Assembly: GCA_965649825.1 (NCBI GenBank)
Contig: OZ287701.1
Location: 1,167,101 to 1,231,100 of the forward strand
Reading direction: 5' to 3'
DNA from: Penicillus capitatus
Lineage: Eukaryota > Plantae > Chlorophyta
DNA length: 64,000 nucleotides
The position numbers were made by a program, and so were the translations under genes. Shown here in pieces: positions 12,970 to 25,330 of this stretch (the first letter of the stretch is position 1; the number at the start of each line of letters is the position of its first letter). The notes beneath the pieces are model-generated. The model searched no databases. It was given only the letters and a program-made list of their open reading frames with translations, and was not told where the DNA came from.

Positions 12970-15900
12970 CTACACATCATCCGCTGTGAATTTCTCGCGT
13001 AAGATTTCTGCGAGGTCCGTCCGCAGCTCATAAGGGTTGGCTGGATCCCACCAGTCGGCGGCCCGTCTGCGACGGATCGAAGAATAGCGTCCGCTCGTGC
13101 CGTTTTTATCGGCCTCGGTGTCACGACGGCCATCGCCCGGATACAACAGATGCCCCTCTTTGGTCCATCCAAAGCCGTCCAGGCGTGACGTCTTGTATTC
13201 CTGGAGATCATTTTCGTAGGTGACTTTGCGGAGGATGGGCAGACCGATGACTTCTCTTTCGACCAACTCTTCGATGAGAGCCTCGAGGGCTGGAAAATTG
13301 GTGGCTAGGCCATAGTATGCCTTGGCCTCTGCGGCATCCAGCAACTCTCGGCATTCTTCAAAGGCGATTCTGGCGATGTCGGTGGAGACGTTGGGAATCG
13401 TGTTCATCTCGTATGCCTGGGCAATGTAGTCATCCACACTATCCATGAATGCCACGGGGCCAAGATGCTTGCTGAAACCGCAACGGTAGACCATCTCTTT
13501 GGCAACGGCATTGGCCACATTGAGATCGGCAGCACCTGCGGTACTGATGTTGGCATCGCCCAGTAGCAACCGTTCTGCACAGCGTCCTGCTAAGGAGACC
13601 ACAAGTTTTGAGTCCATATAGCTTCGCGTCACCACGCTCGACTCCAGGCGCTCTTCACGGGGCAGAAAAAAGGTCGAGCCGGACGGGATGCCACCCGGAC
13701 AGGCAGAGACCTTGTAGACTTCGTCATAGGCAGGAGACATGAGGCCAATCAATGCTTTCCCCGCTTCGTAGACGGCAATGTTTCTGCGGAGCTGCGGCGG
13801 AACGATATCTTCATCATAGTTCCACGCCGACGTCCCTTGATCGCGCTTTTCGTTCATAATAATCTCCAGAGCGCTGAACATATCGTCTTCTGTTATCGCG
13901 ACATGTTTCTGCGAACACAGCACAGAGCGATAGATCGACGCGCACATCTATGCGAGAGGTACTTTCCGAACAGATACGGTGGCAGACCGGTTCATCAGAT
14001 CCATCAGCTGTGCTCCAGTGAAGCCAGCAGTGGCACGCGCCACTCGATTGTAATCGACATTCTTCGACATCGTTTTGTCGCGCGAGTGCACTTTCATAAT
14101 AGCTTCCCGTCCATCAACGTTCGGCAACGGCAGCTGAAGCACTCGATCGAATCGCCCCGGACGGGTCAGGGCTTCGTCGAGATCGTAGGGGCGATTGGTG
14201 GCGGCGATAATAATGACCCCTGTGTTGTCTTCAAATCCGTCCATCTCTGTCAGCAGCTGATTGATGGTGTGCACCGATTCATCGTTGCCGTCTTTCGAGC
14301 GTTGCATCCCGACGCCATCGAATTCGTCGATGAAGAGAATACAGGGAGCCGCTGCTCGTGTCCTCTCAAACATATCCCGCACACGGGATGCCCCAACGCC
14401 CACGTACATCTCTGAAAACTCCGTTCCCGCTGTCGAGAAGAACGGAACGCCAGCTTCTCCTGCAATGGCTCGGGCGAAAAGGGTCTTTCCCGTACCCGGT
14501 TCTCCAACCAGAAGTATACCGCCTGGCGATCGCGCACCCATATCGAGAAAGCGGTTTGGGTTCTTCAGAAAGGCCACGATTTCCTGAGAGAACAGAACAG
14601 GAATTGAGATCGTCGCATGTCCGTCTTCTTTGAGAGAGACCGACTTTGATCTCGTTTTTCACTTGATCGATGCCAGCGATGTCCTTAAAGGTGATATTGG
14701 ATTCCTTTGCGCGCATCATATCGAGATCCGCGCCGCCAAAGATGTCATCTTCGGAGTCTCTCTGGCCAATTCTGAAAGAGGCCTGGACCAGAACGTAGCA
14801 GACAAGCATCGGGAAGAACATATGGATCAGCATGAACAGAATCGTGTTCAGTGGATTCTCCTTCTCGCTCTCGATGATGACATTGTGTCGCAACTGTCCA
14901 AAAAGGCAAACCGTTATCCGATGACTCCAATCAACAGAGGTCGCACGAGATGTGTGTAGAGGTCGGGATCGTATGGCAATCCAATCTTCTCTTCTCGAGC
15001 CCCTCCTGGCGCGCTGGCCTTCACCTGGACCTTTAACGACCTCTTATCTTTGCTGTACTTTGCCTAGAGGGATCCATCCGATCGTTCGATGTGTGAGAGA
15101 AGATGTGTTAACCGTCGACCTGTTTGATGTGACCATCTCTGACGAGTATCCAGAACTGTGTGTACGTCAAGTCCTTTAACTTGTCCACTCTCCAAATCGA
15201 CATCACGTTCTTAACCTCTTCCGAATTTTCGTCGGGGATATCGTCTGGATTGGGGACCATAGATTTGAAGGGATCCACTCTTCTGCCCTTCTTGACGATA
15301 CCTAATCAAAACGCCATCCCTCAGTACAGGACGTCCCATCAACGGTCACATCAGACTTCGTTCTCGAGCGCGGCGCTCTCTCAGACGGTCCTCATGTGTC
15401 ATACGCTTCTTGCCTCCTTTCTTGTCTTTCTTCTTATCTTTCTCTTCCGCCTTCGTTTCCTCCTCTCCTGATTCCAAATCCTCATCCGATTCTCTGTCTG
15501 CGGACTCGGATACAGTGACCTCATCTCTGGAAGCAGAATGGGATGCCGGTTGGTATAGTGTGGAAGAGGGGATACGTGTCATCGGCAAAGGCTGGAGGCA
15601 GATAGCCGCCGAGACGGATTCCTAAGAGGGCGACAACGAATGCAGCTATCCGTAACCCATCGAAGAGGTTTCCAAATCGAAAACGACGTTCCTTATGGAA
15701 CTGCTGGAAGTGTGTGGGCTTCGACCGTGGGGTCGTCTCTGCAACGTTGTCTTGTATCCTCAACAGCGTCGGTGCGATCGCCTTGTCCGTCCTTTCCAAA
15801 ACGTCGTCATCGGCCGCGACTTCTCTGCTGTAAGCTCCGGTCGGTGTGCGTCTTCGTCTTGGCGATCTCGAACGCCGATGCAGAGCAGTCATGTGTGTCC

Positions 15901-15991
15901 ACACGAGCGTCGCCGAAAGACGTTGTGGTGCGTTTGTCATTCGTGGACGCCATACAGGACGTGAACGGGAAGGGTGCAGGTGAATCGACAT
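12970..15991 (-). CDS. ftsH: Plastid FtsH-family AAA+ protein lacking the zinc protease motif (FtsHi-like)
   Basis: Walker A GEPGTGKT, Walker [32 protein letters not shown]. The M41 domain has AVYEAGKAL where HExxH is expected. N-terminal transit peptide, TM segment and acidic linker. Several ~50-nt introns. Confidence 0.9.
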
Positions 15992-16115
15992 GGTGTTGTC
16001 CGCTGGGCTATTCAAAACCCCAGACAGATCGAGATGGGGTGACGGATGGGACAGATGGATCGATGGACGTTGCTGCTATCGATTTCGTACTCGATTTCTG
16101 GATCGACGGTGAGCG
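15992..16115. promoter_or_regulatory. Probable bidirectional promoter between the FtsH-like gene and SPO11-2
   Basis: Only 124 bp separate the divergent predicted start codons (15991 on -, 16116 on +). Confidence 0.45.
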
Positions 16116-17648
16116 ATGGACGTCGTCGCGCGGATCGAAGAATTGATTGCTGCAACGATCGACGTCATCGCATCCGGATCTCTTCCCGTCCAGTCTATCT
16201 TTCACAAGACGACGATCGCAATCCAATGTGTAGGTCTTTCGATTTCCTTCTCGTTCTTCGGCAGCTCATCGATCGCAGTCGAGCGAAAACGAGATACCGA
16301 TCGTCGAAGGTCGGGATAACGTTCATGAAGTGTCGTATCAATGAGATCGCGATCGGCTTTAGGCGAAGACTTCGACGGAGATGGCGATGTTTCGATCGAT
16401 GAGATCGAAGAGCGATCCATGGATACAACACTCAACGATCAACAACGCTTTCACAGTCGCACGCCACCGCCGAATTTCTCAGATGCCATGATTGAACGCG
16501 ATCTCATTTCCAGAAACGGTGCTGGAGCTTTCCACATCGCCAGAGGTCGCACATGACACCCATACGCTCAACCATTCCTACCACTCAGCAGTTTTGAAGG
16601 TGCTTGACGTCGTGCATGAACTTCTCATCGACTCCAATCGATGCACACAACGAGAACTCTACTACAGAGTATGTTCGTTCGCAATACCTCGTATCGGGAT
16701 CCTCCTGCCATGTAGTTGCAGCATCCACCTTTGTTTACAAGCGTTTCTGACGTCACAGAGGCGCTGCACGATGTGTGCTGCATGTTAGACGTGCCCCGTT
16801 CTGCCTTGAACATCAGCTGTTCGCCAAAAGGCGCTGTCTCTGGTCACATTCACATCAAGCATCCACGTCTTCCTTTCTGGCAGGTACAGAGATGCGAGTC
16901 TTCGATGTGACCAGGAGACGGTCGGTATCTTTGATGTGACAGGATGGAACACAGGTCGGCTCAGCCGGATGGAGCATTCCGGGCGATGCTGTCGAAATCG
17001 AGCAGCTGCAGATACAATGCCACGTGCCTTACCTCATCATCATCGAAAAGGACGCCGTTTTTCAAAGGTCTTCATTACTTTCTCACACTTTTTGAAAGTG
17101 TGACCTCCATCAGACTAACAGATGACAGATTCTTTGACACCCTGCCCTGCGTTTTGGCCACCGGCAAAGGGATGCCAGACTTCGCCACCCGTCTCTTCCT
17201 CCACCGACTCGTCCGTGCCTCTCCGCATCTCACCGTCTTGGGCATTGTCGATTGGAACCCATCCGGCGTGGCTATTCTCAATATCTACCGACACGGGAGT
17301 GCCAGAATGGGACCGCACACACATTCGTGATCCAATCTACCCTCTCTGCTCACTCTTTGCCTAACGCCTGCTGCCAGGGTGCGTTTGCCTCAGTTAAGAT
17401 GGTTGGGACTCCGCACACATCTGTTGCCTCCCAGTCCAAACGAAGCCTTTTTCCCGCTCACTCCACGAGACGGCTCCCTCATCCTGACCCTCAAATCTCA
17501 GCTGTCCCATCTACCCGACTGGATCCATGAGCTCGACACCATGGAACGCATGGGCCTCAAGTGTGACATCGAAGCCGTTTACCATCTCTGCGGATTCAAA
17601 GGCCTCATGGAGATGCTCTCCTACCAGATTCTACATGGTCTGTATTGA
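16116..17648 (+). CDS. SPO11-2: Meiotic recombination protein SPO11-2 (TopoVI subunit A family)
   Basis: MDVVARIEELI N-terminus; catalytic TQRELYY; SPKGAVSG; TOPRIM IIEKDAVFQR, LATGKGMPDFATRLFLHRL, GIVDWNPSG (the DWN form typical of SPO11-2); LRWLGLR; KCDIEAV; TGA at 17646-17648. Confidence 0.92.
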
Positions 17649-18302
17649 AGTTGGCCATCCATCTGTTGCTCAAGGTGTGCCGATTTGTACGTACGTGCAT
17701 TACAGTTGTCCACTTATTGAACAAGATTCAATACTCAACACTTCTGTTAGCCCATCTGTCTCATTGAAGGATCATCATCGTCCACTATGTATGGTTCTAT
17801 TATGGGAAGCACAGCCTTGAAAGAGTTCCCATAGTCAGAACCACACCGTCTCCAGTCGAAAGACAACATTCAGATGGTCAGCCATGCCCCTGTTTTCGTT
17901 CAGGGCCAAAAATATTGATTCTTGTGGACTCGGAGAGAGGTTTGAATTGTCTTGTGAAGCAACAACGCGCATGAAAGTGAGGTCAGAGCAACCGTCCATA
18001 TATCATCAACCAACCCCTTCTTTTCCCTACTGCCGGAGACCTAATGCTCTCAACACATTATTCCGGATCAGTCGGAACAATGCTGCGTCATGAATCCGAT
18101 TCAAAAGGTGCACACAAGTCTCGAATGTCAAGTGTCGACACAGCATGGCCGAATGGTGAGAAGTCGCAGATGCTGGGGACACCGGACCCCCAAAACGAAT
18201 AAAATTCAAACGCAAAGCCATTGACAACAGATCCCTATCTACTGAAATATGGAAGTGTAGGTAGGGCCCAAAAAGCAATCAATCACTGACGGTAGCCATG
18301 AG

Positions 18303-20010
18303 TCACACCGATAAAGAAAGTGTGATCGATCTAAGACGATTCCGGTCGGCGATTTCGACGGAATCTAAAAAGAGGGGAAACATGCATGCATCCAACGCAA
18401 TCCCCTGCGCCCGATGTTTCCTCGCGGTCGTTTGGACGGATTGAATGTTGATGTGTGACTTGTTCTTTGAGTGTCCGCAATTCGCTCTCCATATGGAACA
18501 ACTGTTTGCGAAGGTAACGTATCTCGTATGCTGCAGCCGCACTCTACAACACAGCCTCACATAACAGCCAAGCCACTGCACACCATCACCTCTTGATCTG
18601 CGGTCTGCGATGTGATCTCCGATTCTCCTCGATCCTCGAACCCGACGAGTTTGATATCGAGCTCTGTCTCGCGAACAGCCTGCGAAGAAGAGATGATGCT
18701 ATTGCCCACGGTATGGATGGTGCTTGCCTTATACAGCTTGGCCTTATGATACATGGCATCTGTAATAACCTCGTCCGTGAAGTCGACAACGAAGCTCTGT
18801 ACTAGGAATTTTGAAAAGGTGAAATCTACTCCCCGTGAGTTCTAACACACATAGCTGTGCTCAGTGAACACACGACCGAGCAAAGAGAGCGACAGACAAG
18901 AAGAACGACTTCCACATCTACGGCGGTGCGCGGTTTGATGAATCCCTACACACAAGATCTCACACTTCTGCCCGTCCCATCACGAATGTCACACTTGAGA
19001 GGGTTTGACTTTGAAGCCTTTAGGAAAAGTACTTCGGATCTACAGACCACCCACCACATTGGATCTGAAATCGAAGAGAGGGAGGGAGGGTCACACTTTG
19101 AACGCATATCTATCATCCGTTGGATTGTAAAGACGAATGGAAGAGATCACACTTGTCCCGCCATTGTCTGCAGGAGTGCCACATAGGAAGGGGCGGGAAA
19201 GGGGGTTCAGGGATTTACATCTGAATGTGATGTCGCTGTTCACACATACGAGACCATCCCTCGCTTCCGTCGTCGAATGAATAGAATCTACGGGAATGGA
19301 GGATCGGCTGGGGGACTGGGTATGCACGGTGTCCGTTGCAGGAGTGGGCGGAAAGCACTCTTCAGACTGCATCGTCGCCATTGCTTGAGAAAGGATATCG
19401 CCACCATTTCCATTGTTCTCTGACGTACTGGACCCTGCATCCAAAAAGACGGGAACCCTGATCAGACGGATGTCCTGCAAACACAGTCCGCGTCTCGTTA
19501 GGGAGTGAGGATTGGCGGCTCGCCTTATTTCCAGATTTTAGTTTGGATTCTGCAGCAACCGCATTTTTTTCTGTCGTTGGCATCGCTTCGATCAAGAACT
19601 TGTCCGACACCGTCGGTTTAGGATTCCTTTGCTGCACAGCAGAAGAGAAATGATAGTGGCGGCGCTTAGGCTTAAGTACAGTGATCGACCTTTATTATCA
19701 CTATCTTAAAAGACGAGTTCGGCTCCACAAATCCCTAAAAGCATCAACCGTCGCCATCATGGCATCCCAGGAGTGTGCTTGAAGATGCATACCACAGATG
19801 GTTTCACCACGTAGCTCTTAGGCGACGTCGTTTTCACCTGTCCATTCCCACCAGATAGACAGAGCACGCAACAGGACGTGTTCCATACTTTGAATGCAAA
19901 TCTGTGACGTGTGGGATTGTGCAGCGTTAGACTTGATCGTTGCCGCTCCCCGTCGTTGAGATCTACAGTCCATTGAAGTGGGTGATTCAGCAAAGAGACA
20001 CCATGGCTAA
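18303..20010 (-). CDS. VAP-like protein with two tandem MSP domains and a coiled coil; both ends approximate (possible first exon at 20276)
   Basis: MSP1: SSLTLHNPTRHRFAFK|VKTTSPKSYVVKPS...DKFLIE. MSP2: SSIRLYNPTDDRYAFK|IRSTFPKGFKVKPSQ|GFIKPRTAVDVEVVLL|...SKFLVQSF...AVRETELDIKLV. Then coiled coil AYEIRYLRKQLFHMESELRTLKEQV. Confidence 0.75.
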
Positions 20011-21388
20011 ATCGAGAGGTTGAAAATGGGGGACGTTCTGGCCCACTGCTACGGAATGCGTGTCATACTTCATCGAGCACGCAAGGGCCAGCGAAGAGAG
20101 AAGCCCTATATTAAGGTAATCATACCGCCTCGGTGGCGAGGCAGCAGCGTAGCGCGCCGCGTGGTATCACGAGGTCGTGTTCCAAGAACGTGGGGTCAGC
20201 GCTTACGTCGGAAATGCATTTCTCTGGGTCCCCACTGAAGTCCTGCTGAAGAGCGAGTTTCGTCTCCGCCACTCATGTTGTTTTCTAATCTCTGCGTTAC
20301 TCGCCGGAAGATGAAAATCGAACAAACGTTTCACCTAGGCGGAGATATTTATTTGTTGATGGTCGCAGAGAAAATGCGATTTGATGTATTCATTATCGGG
20401 TGCTTCGCAGGGTCAGGCACGCCCGTTTCGCAGAAATCGCGTTTCGTAAGCATCGTACGTAGCAGAACGACGATCACCGTCCAGTCAGGATCGCTTAGAC
20501 CCGCGGTCATGTTCTTTTATGCGTTCATTATTGGGCGAATGAAAGTTCGAGCCGATCAGTTGAATCGCACCATTCGATGGGCCACACACATTGGCGCGGA
20601 GAGGGTGTCAGCACAGCATCAAAAAACTTGGAAGCGGGCGGTGCGACTGCTAAACGAGATACGGTTGCTCAGGCCGCGAGTTTTGAACAACAATGAGAGG
20701 CGGAGCGCTAAGTTAGGGGTAGACTGGGTATGTCTCTTGTTGAAGAACAGGACTGCTGGACGTGCTCTTTAAACGCAGTTGTTGGCGCTTCATCACCTGT
20801 GAGCGACGTCACAATCTCGCCGGTCGCATGTCGTAGATGACAACAAAAAGAAGAGACATGGAAAGCGCATGACGCCTGGGTTTCTCTTGGAGGCAATGGT
20901 CGAAGGTGAACCGAGTTAACAGAAAACGGCGAGAACACAGAGTGTTACGCCTAAGATTAAACAAGGTGCTTGAGATAGCTTTCTACGACCCATCTCACAA
21001 GGGCAATATCAGAACAATCTTTCGTACGGGATGAGGTGCCCATGCAGTTATGCAATGCAAGGAAACTGCATTTCTTCGTCGTCGATGTCGTTGCGTGCTG
21101 GATCGATAGAGACAGAGAGATCGACATGTGCTGGAAGTGCAAAGCCAGAAGACACATGACAGGCAATGTGTGTGATATTGCAGTGAAAATGCGACAGTGT
21201 TCCAAAAAGACGCTAAAAGATGGTTTCGGCGCAAGTATCGATGCCGTTAATGCTTATAAATAGGCTGGTGGTGATTTTACATGGTGTGCGCTTTTCGCAG
21301 TAAGTCTACTGCAGCCATTCATCATTGCTCGGATGGAGGACGCCTTTCTTATGAAACGATCGAAAAAGTCTTCGCCTGTCTCGAATCC

Positions 21389-22102
21389 TTATCGAAGGTC
21401 GCACGGCGTTTCGGGATTGCATTTCCAAAATAATTCTAAGGTACCTACGACAATTCTGTTTTCCTTGTATTCACAGGAAAAACTTAATAATCCTCCTTCG
21501 GTCGCAAGTCTTGGGCAACGAGCGAATTCATTTCGGATAGCACTCCCCATCTTGAGCAGCCATCGCAACACTGCAACGCGATCATGTGCCTAGAAGAAAC
21601 GACGTTTTCCTTCGTTGAGTGGATCGATCCTCCGATTCTCTCGTCCGCGAATGATTGGTGGCCAGCTCAGAACACTCATCAGACATACCAATAAATGTGG
21701 ACGCACAAAAGAGGTCCTGTTCATAGAGCCACACGTGTCCGTGTTTGAACATCGAGGATGCAACAGCTCCACTGAGCGCACTCCATCGCAGAGAAGGTGG
21801 CATGTCGAGGAGCTGAACAGACTGCCACCTTATCCGTGCATCAGATCAACATCAAACAGGGTTCCGTGTCACCTAGCACAGGGGCTAGTCGTCTCAGAAG
21901 TAAAGGCCACTTCATATGCAATCCTTTGCCGGAAGAAGAAGAAATCATCATTTTTCCTCCATTCCTTAGCAGTTTTGGAAGAGTAATTTCTGTACGAGTC
22001 CCAACGACGCCGAGGCATTTGGTCTGTTGAAGTCTCGTTCGGGGGCACATTTGATCCGCCTGCGTCGTCGAATTCAAAGAGACGACACAAGACAGGCCAC
22101 AA
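21389..22102 (-). CDS. Possible hypothetical spliced gene
   Basis: Short co-oriented ORFs 21869-22102 and 21389-21571 with protein-like composition. No family recognised. Confidence 0.25.
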
Positions 22103-22478
22103 AGCAGGTTAAACCTTCTCGACCTCACGAAGACGTCGCCGTCGTTTTTGTCGTACCCTGAGCAAAGAGTCCGTCCGGCAGAAAGTGCGATTCTCTTCCG
22201 GAGAAGATTCGGAGTTCCTTCCTTGCCTTACCTAAACTGGATACTACACGTGTTGTGTCATCGTCGTATGGGAGGAAGCACCGAGCTCCGTGATTCTCAC
22301 ACATCTAAGAATACATCTCTTCTGAAGCACGACTTCTGACGAACGCGAGATCCGATTGCCCGCATCGACAGAGAAATATCAACAACTGCGGATCTTTTAA
22401 AAACGGGTGTAATCAAACAACATGACTGCCACCTCGAGCAGAGGTATGCAATACATATCCTTCCGAATTTTTTCAAAT

Positions 22479-22880
22479 TGCCATGCATATAGAGAGACGA
22501 GGGGCCTCTGTGTAGTCCTACATAACCAGCCTCTTAGTGGAGGTCTCACTCTCTAAAGCAGTAGCGAATGCTCATCGGCAAGGATTGTGATGTATATGTC
22601 TATCTATACGTGATTCAAATCGTGATGAAATATTGGCAACGTGTGACGGGTTAAGCAAGAAAGTTATTGCTAACTTTCAGCTTTGACAGAGTGCAAGGTT
22701 TTAATGGTAATGCGGGATCGTGCAAAAAAAGCGAGAATATGTGGCGGATCGACGCAGAGTTAAGGTCACAGTTCTGTAGCGGCTTCCCCGAAAGGAAGAA
22801 AATCGCTGACGACAACTGAGACATTAGATGTCGAATGCCTTTCAGTTTTCGAACAGCAAATAAAAAGGAGCACAGAATGC
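22479..22880 (+). repeat. ~400-bp dispersed direct repeat X, copy 1
   Basis: Colinear with 24746-25146 (shared blocks cggcaaggattgtgatgt, gacagagtgcaaggttttaatggtaatg, gatcgacgcagagttaa, aaaaaggagcacagaatgc). Roughly 80% identity by eye. Confidence 0.9.
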
Positions 22881-22966
22881 TCAGCCGAAAAAAAGACCTA
22901 GCGTGATGTTTGAAGCATGGATAGATCTAAAACAACAAATGCTGACGATCATATGGTGCGTCTATG

Positions 22967-24418
22967 CTACTCAAAAAACACAGATACTCCAGGGGCGCAC
23001 GCTGTGAGCACACTCGACGTTTTCAACAACTCTTTGTGGCGGGTAGATACGATAAAGTAAACAAGGAGACCATCGCCATCGGAATCGAAATTCATCAGAC
23101 TGTGAGATTCACGCGTGGGGAATGTCGGCAGTGTACACCTATGGTAGGGCGGTCCATTGCCAAAATCGATGTCATCGAAGGGCATCTTCTGATAAGAAGT
23201 CAAAAGAGAGATGTCATCCGATGGCATGCCGTCAAAGTCACGGACAGCGAAACGATAGTACGACAGTAAACTCTCAAACTGTGCCTCGGGTTCCGTTCGG
23301 ATGGCATTAATGGCAGCTCGGCTCAAAGATGCAGCTCTGGCTAATACATCAATGAACGTCTTCGTATGTTCCCCATCGCTGTCGAATGTTGCGGCGGCCA
23401 AGTGTAGTGCATTTCCAAAATAGTTCTGGGGAATCACCGGCGAGTTCGCTCTGCGGGAGTCGATGGGGAAATGGAGAGTGGTTCCCTTGATGGGCAGATC
23501 TTCAGAACAAACAGGACGAATGGCTGCCCTTGTTTCTGCCTTCAGCATCCAACACAAAGCGGATGCCAGATCATACGTCGACACGTATTCGCAGCCCGTC
23601 AACTTCTCCATCGTTTTCTGCTTCATCTCGTCGATGTTGGCCTACACACAGAGCTTGCTGTCTTTTTCTATGGCAAGCAAGATGCTTCACACCTGTGGCA
23701 AATGCATGTATGCGATGCAGAGGTCTTTGGCGTCGAACATCGGCGTCCAACCGCTCATGCTCCGAGGATACATATCCGACGTCTTACCCGGAAGATCGAA
23801 ATGCTGAAGGTAACTGTCTGGGAAGAAGCAGCTTCGATCGACATGCCTCTCAGAGATATCGAGTCCGCGGTAGGCGCGACCGATGTCGATCAGGAGATCC
23901 ACGTAGCGCGTTCCGTCGCACAGTGCATGGTTCGTCACGACACTAAGAACGCAGCCGTCTCTTCCGCGTATCAGATGAACGCCAAACAGCTCTCCCGTGT
24001 CGCAGGGGACACGGGAGTCGTCAATGGTGTCCAAGAACGACGGCCAGTTCATGCGTGGCGTTTTGCCGGCGTCTTCGAGTATCATCTTTCCCGTCCCCTT
24101 TCTCAGCTTCTCGAGAGTGATTTCTGCGCGGATTTCCAGGACGCCAAAGCTGTCCTGCCGGTCCGGGTCCAATTCGAAGCACGGTTGATGCGCCTCGTCG
24201 GCGACGAGGCGACTGCACAGGACAGGATAGGCCTTTTCGATTTTAAGGAGAGCGGAAAGAAGACGAGGCCACTCGATGGAGGAGTCGAAGAAAAGCGGCC
24301 AAGCGAACCAGTAAGTGCCGCCCTCCAGATAGTCCGTGGGGCTCAGAGGGTACGTCTTCCTGCCTTTCACCGATGTGCTGACGCGCGCTACGTTCACCAC
24401 CGACGTTGACGAGTCCAT
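22967..24418 (-). CDS. BAHD/HXXXD-type acyl-CoA acyltransferase (~466 aa, one 51-nt intron 23642-23692)
   Basis: Catalytic HXXXD in VTNHALCDG; DFGWG-like DIDFGNG; N-terminal YPLSPTD; YVSTYDLASALCW; PQNYFGNA. The intron gtgtga...tgtgtag joins the two ORFs in frame. Confidence 0.88.
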
Positions 24419-24745
24419 CCTTGCTTCTGGGACAGTCCCGTACGTATCGCGAGGTCTGTGACGTTTACTATCTCTGTGGGAGAATGTCCAAATTATTCTC
24501 CTGCAGCATACGTAGTCCTTACGTGATGATTTTCGCCGTATGACGAGGGATTTCGGTTGCGACGATCATCCTTGATTATTATCCGCTCCGTATTGTAATC
24601 CCATCGCGATGAATTGTTTGAAAAACGAGGTTGCAGTGTTTTGTTAAAGGAGTTATCCACACAATCTAGGGTCTTTTGTCTAAACAGGTCTTTTCATCGT
24701 ATTCTTCGGACGCTTCTATCGAATCACTGATCCTCGGCTTGACAG

Positions 24746-25146
24746 TGCCGTGCATAGAGAGACACGAAGGGCCTCTGTCTAGTTGTACATAACCAGCCTC
24801 TAACAGGCAGCCTCACTTCCTGCAGTTGCGAATGTGAAACCGGCAAGGATTGTGATGTGTATGTCTAAGTTGTACGTGATTCAAATCATGACAGAACACT
24901 GGCAACATGTGACGGGCTAAGCAAGAAAGTCATGGACAACTTCCAGCTTGGACAGAGTGCAAGGTTTTAATGGTAATGTGGATCTTACAAAAAAGCGAGG
25001 ATATGTGGCCGATCGACGCAGAGTTAAACGGTCACAGTTCTGTAACGGCTTCCCCGAAAGAAAGAAAATCGTTGATGACAACTGAGACATCAGATGTCTA
25101 ATGCCTTTTATTTTTCGAACAGCAAACAAAAAGGAGCACAGAATGC
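24746..25146 (+). repeat. ~400-bp dispersed direct repeat X, copy 2 (abuts repeat Y copy 1)
   Basis: Direct repeat of 22479-22880 at an offset of ~2267 bp. Confidence 0.9.
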
Positions 25147-25192
25147 CGTGAACTGACTGTGAGGAGACAGATATAGATTGGGATTGATGTCT

Positions 25193-25330
25193 CTGTATTG
25201 CGCGCCGCGTACGTCGGCGCAACACTGTCGCGGCCATGCGACGACGGATCCGCGGCGCATCCCGACATTACTGTATTGCGCGCCGCGTACGTCGGCGCAA
25301 TACTGTCGCGGCCATGCGTCGCGACGAAAT
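25193..25330. repeat. 78-bp tandem repeat with palindromic core TATTGCGC-N13-GCGCAATA
   Basis: ctgtattgcg recurs at 25193 and 25271, and at 32290 and 32368 in Y copy 2. Confidence 0.85.

Noticed and set aside
22149-22369. TGTCG...TCGACA segment resembling a family A solo LTR
   Set aside because: Flanks differ (GTTTT vs GAGAA) and there is no internal similarity to family A.
25193-25330. 78-bp palindromic repeats (and the 111-bp array) as a CRISPR array
   Set aside because: No unique spacers, only two units per locus, no cas genes, and a eukaryotic context.
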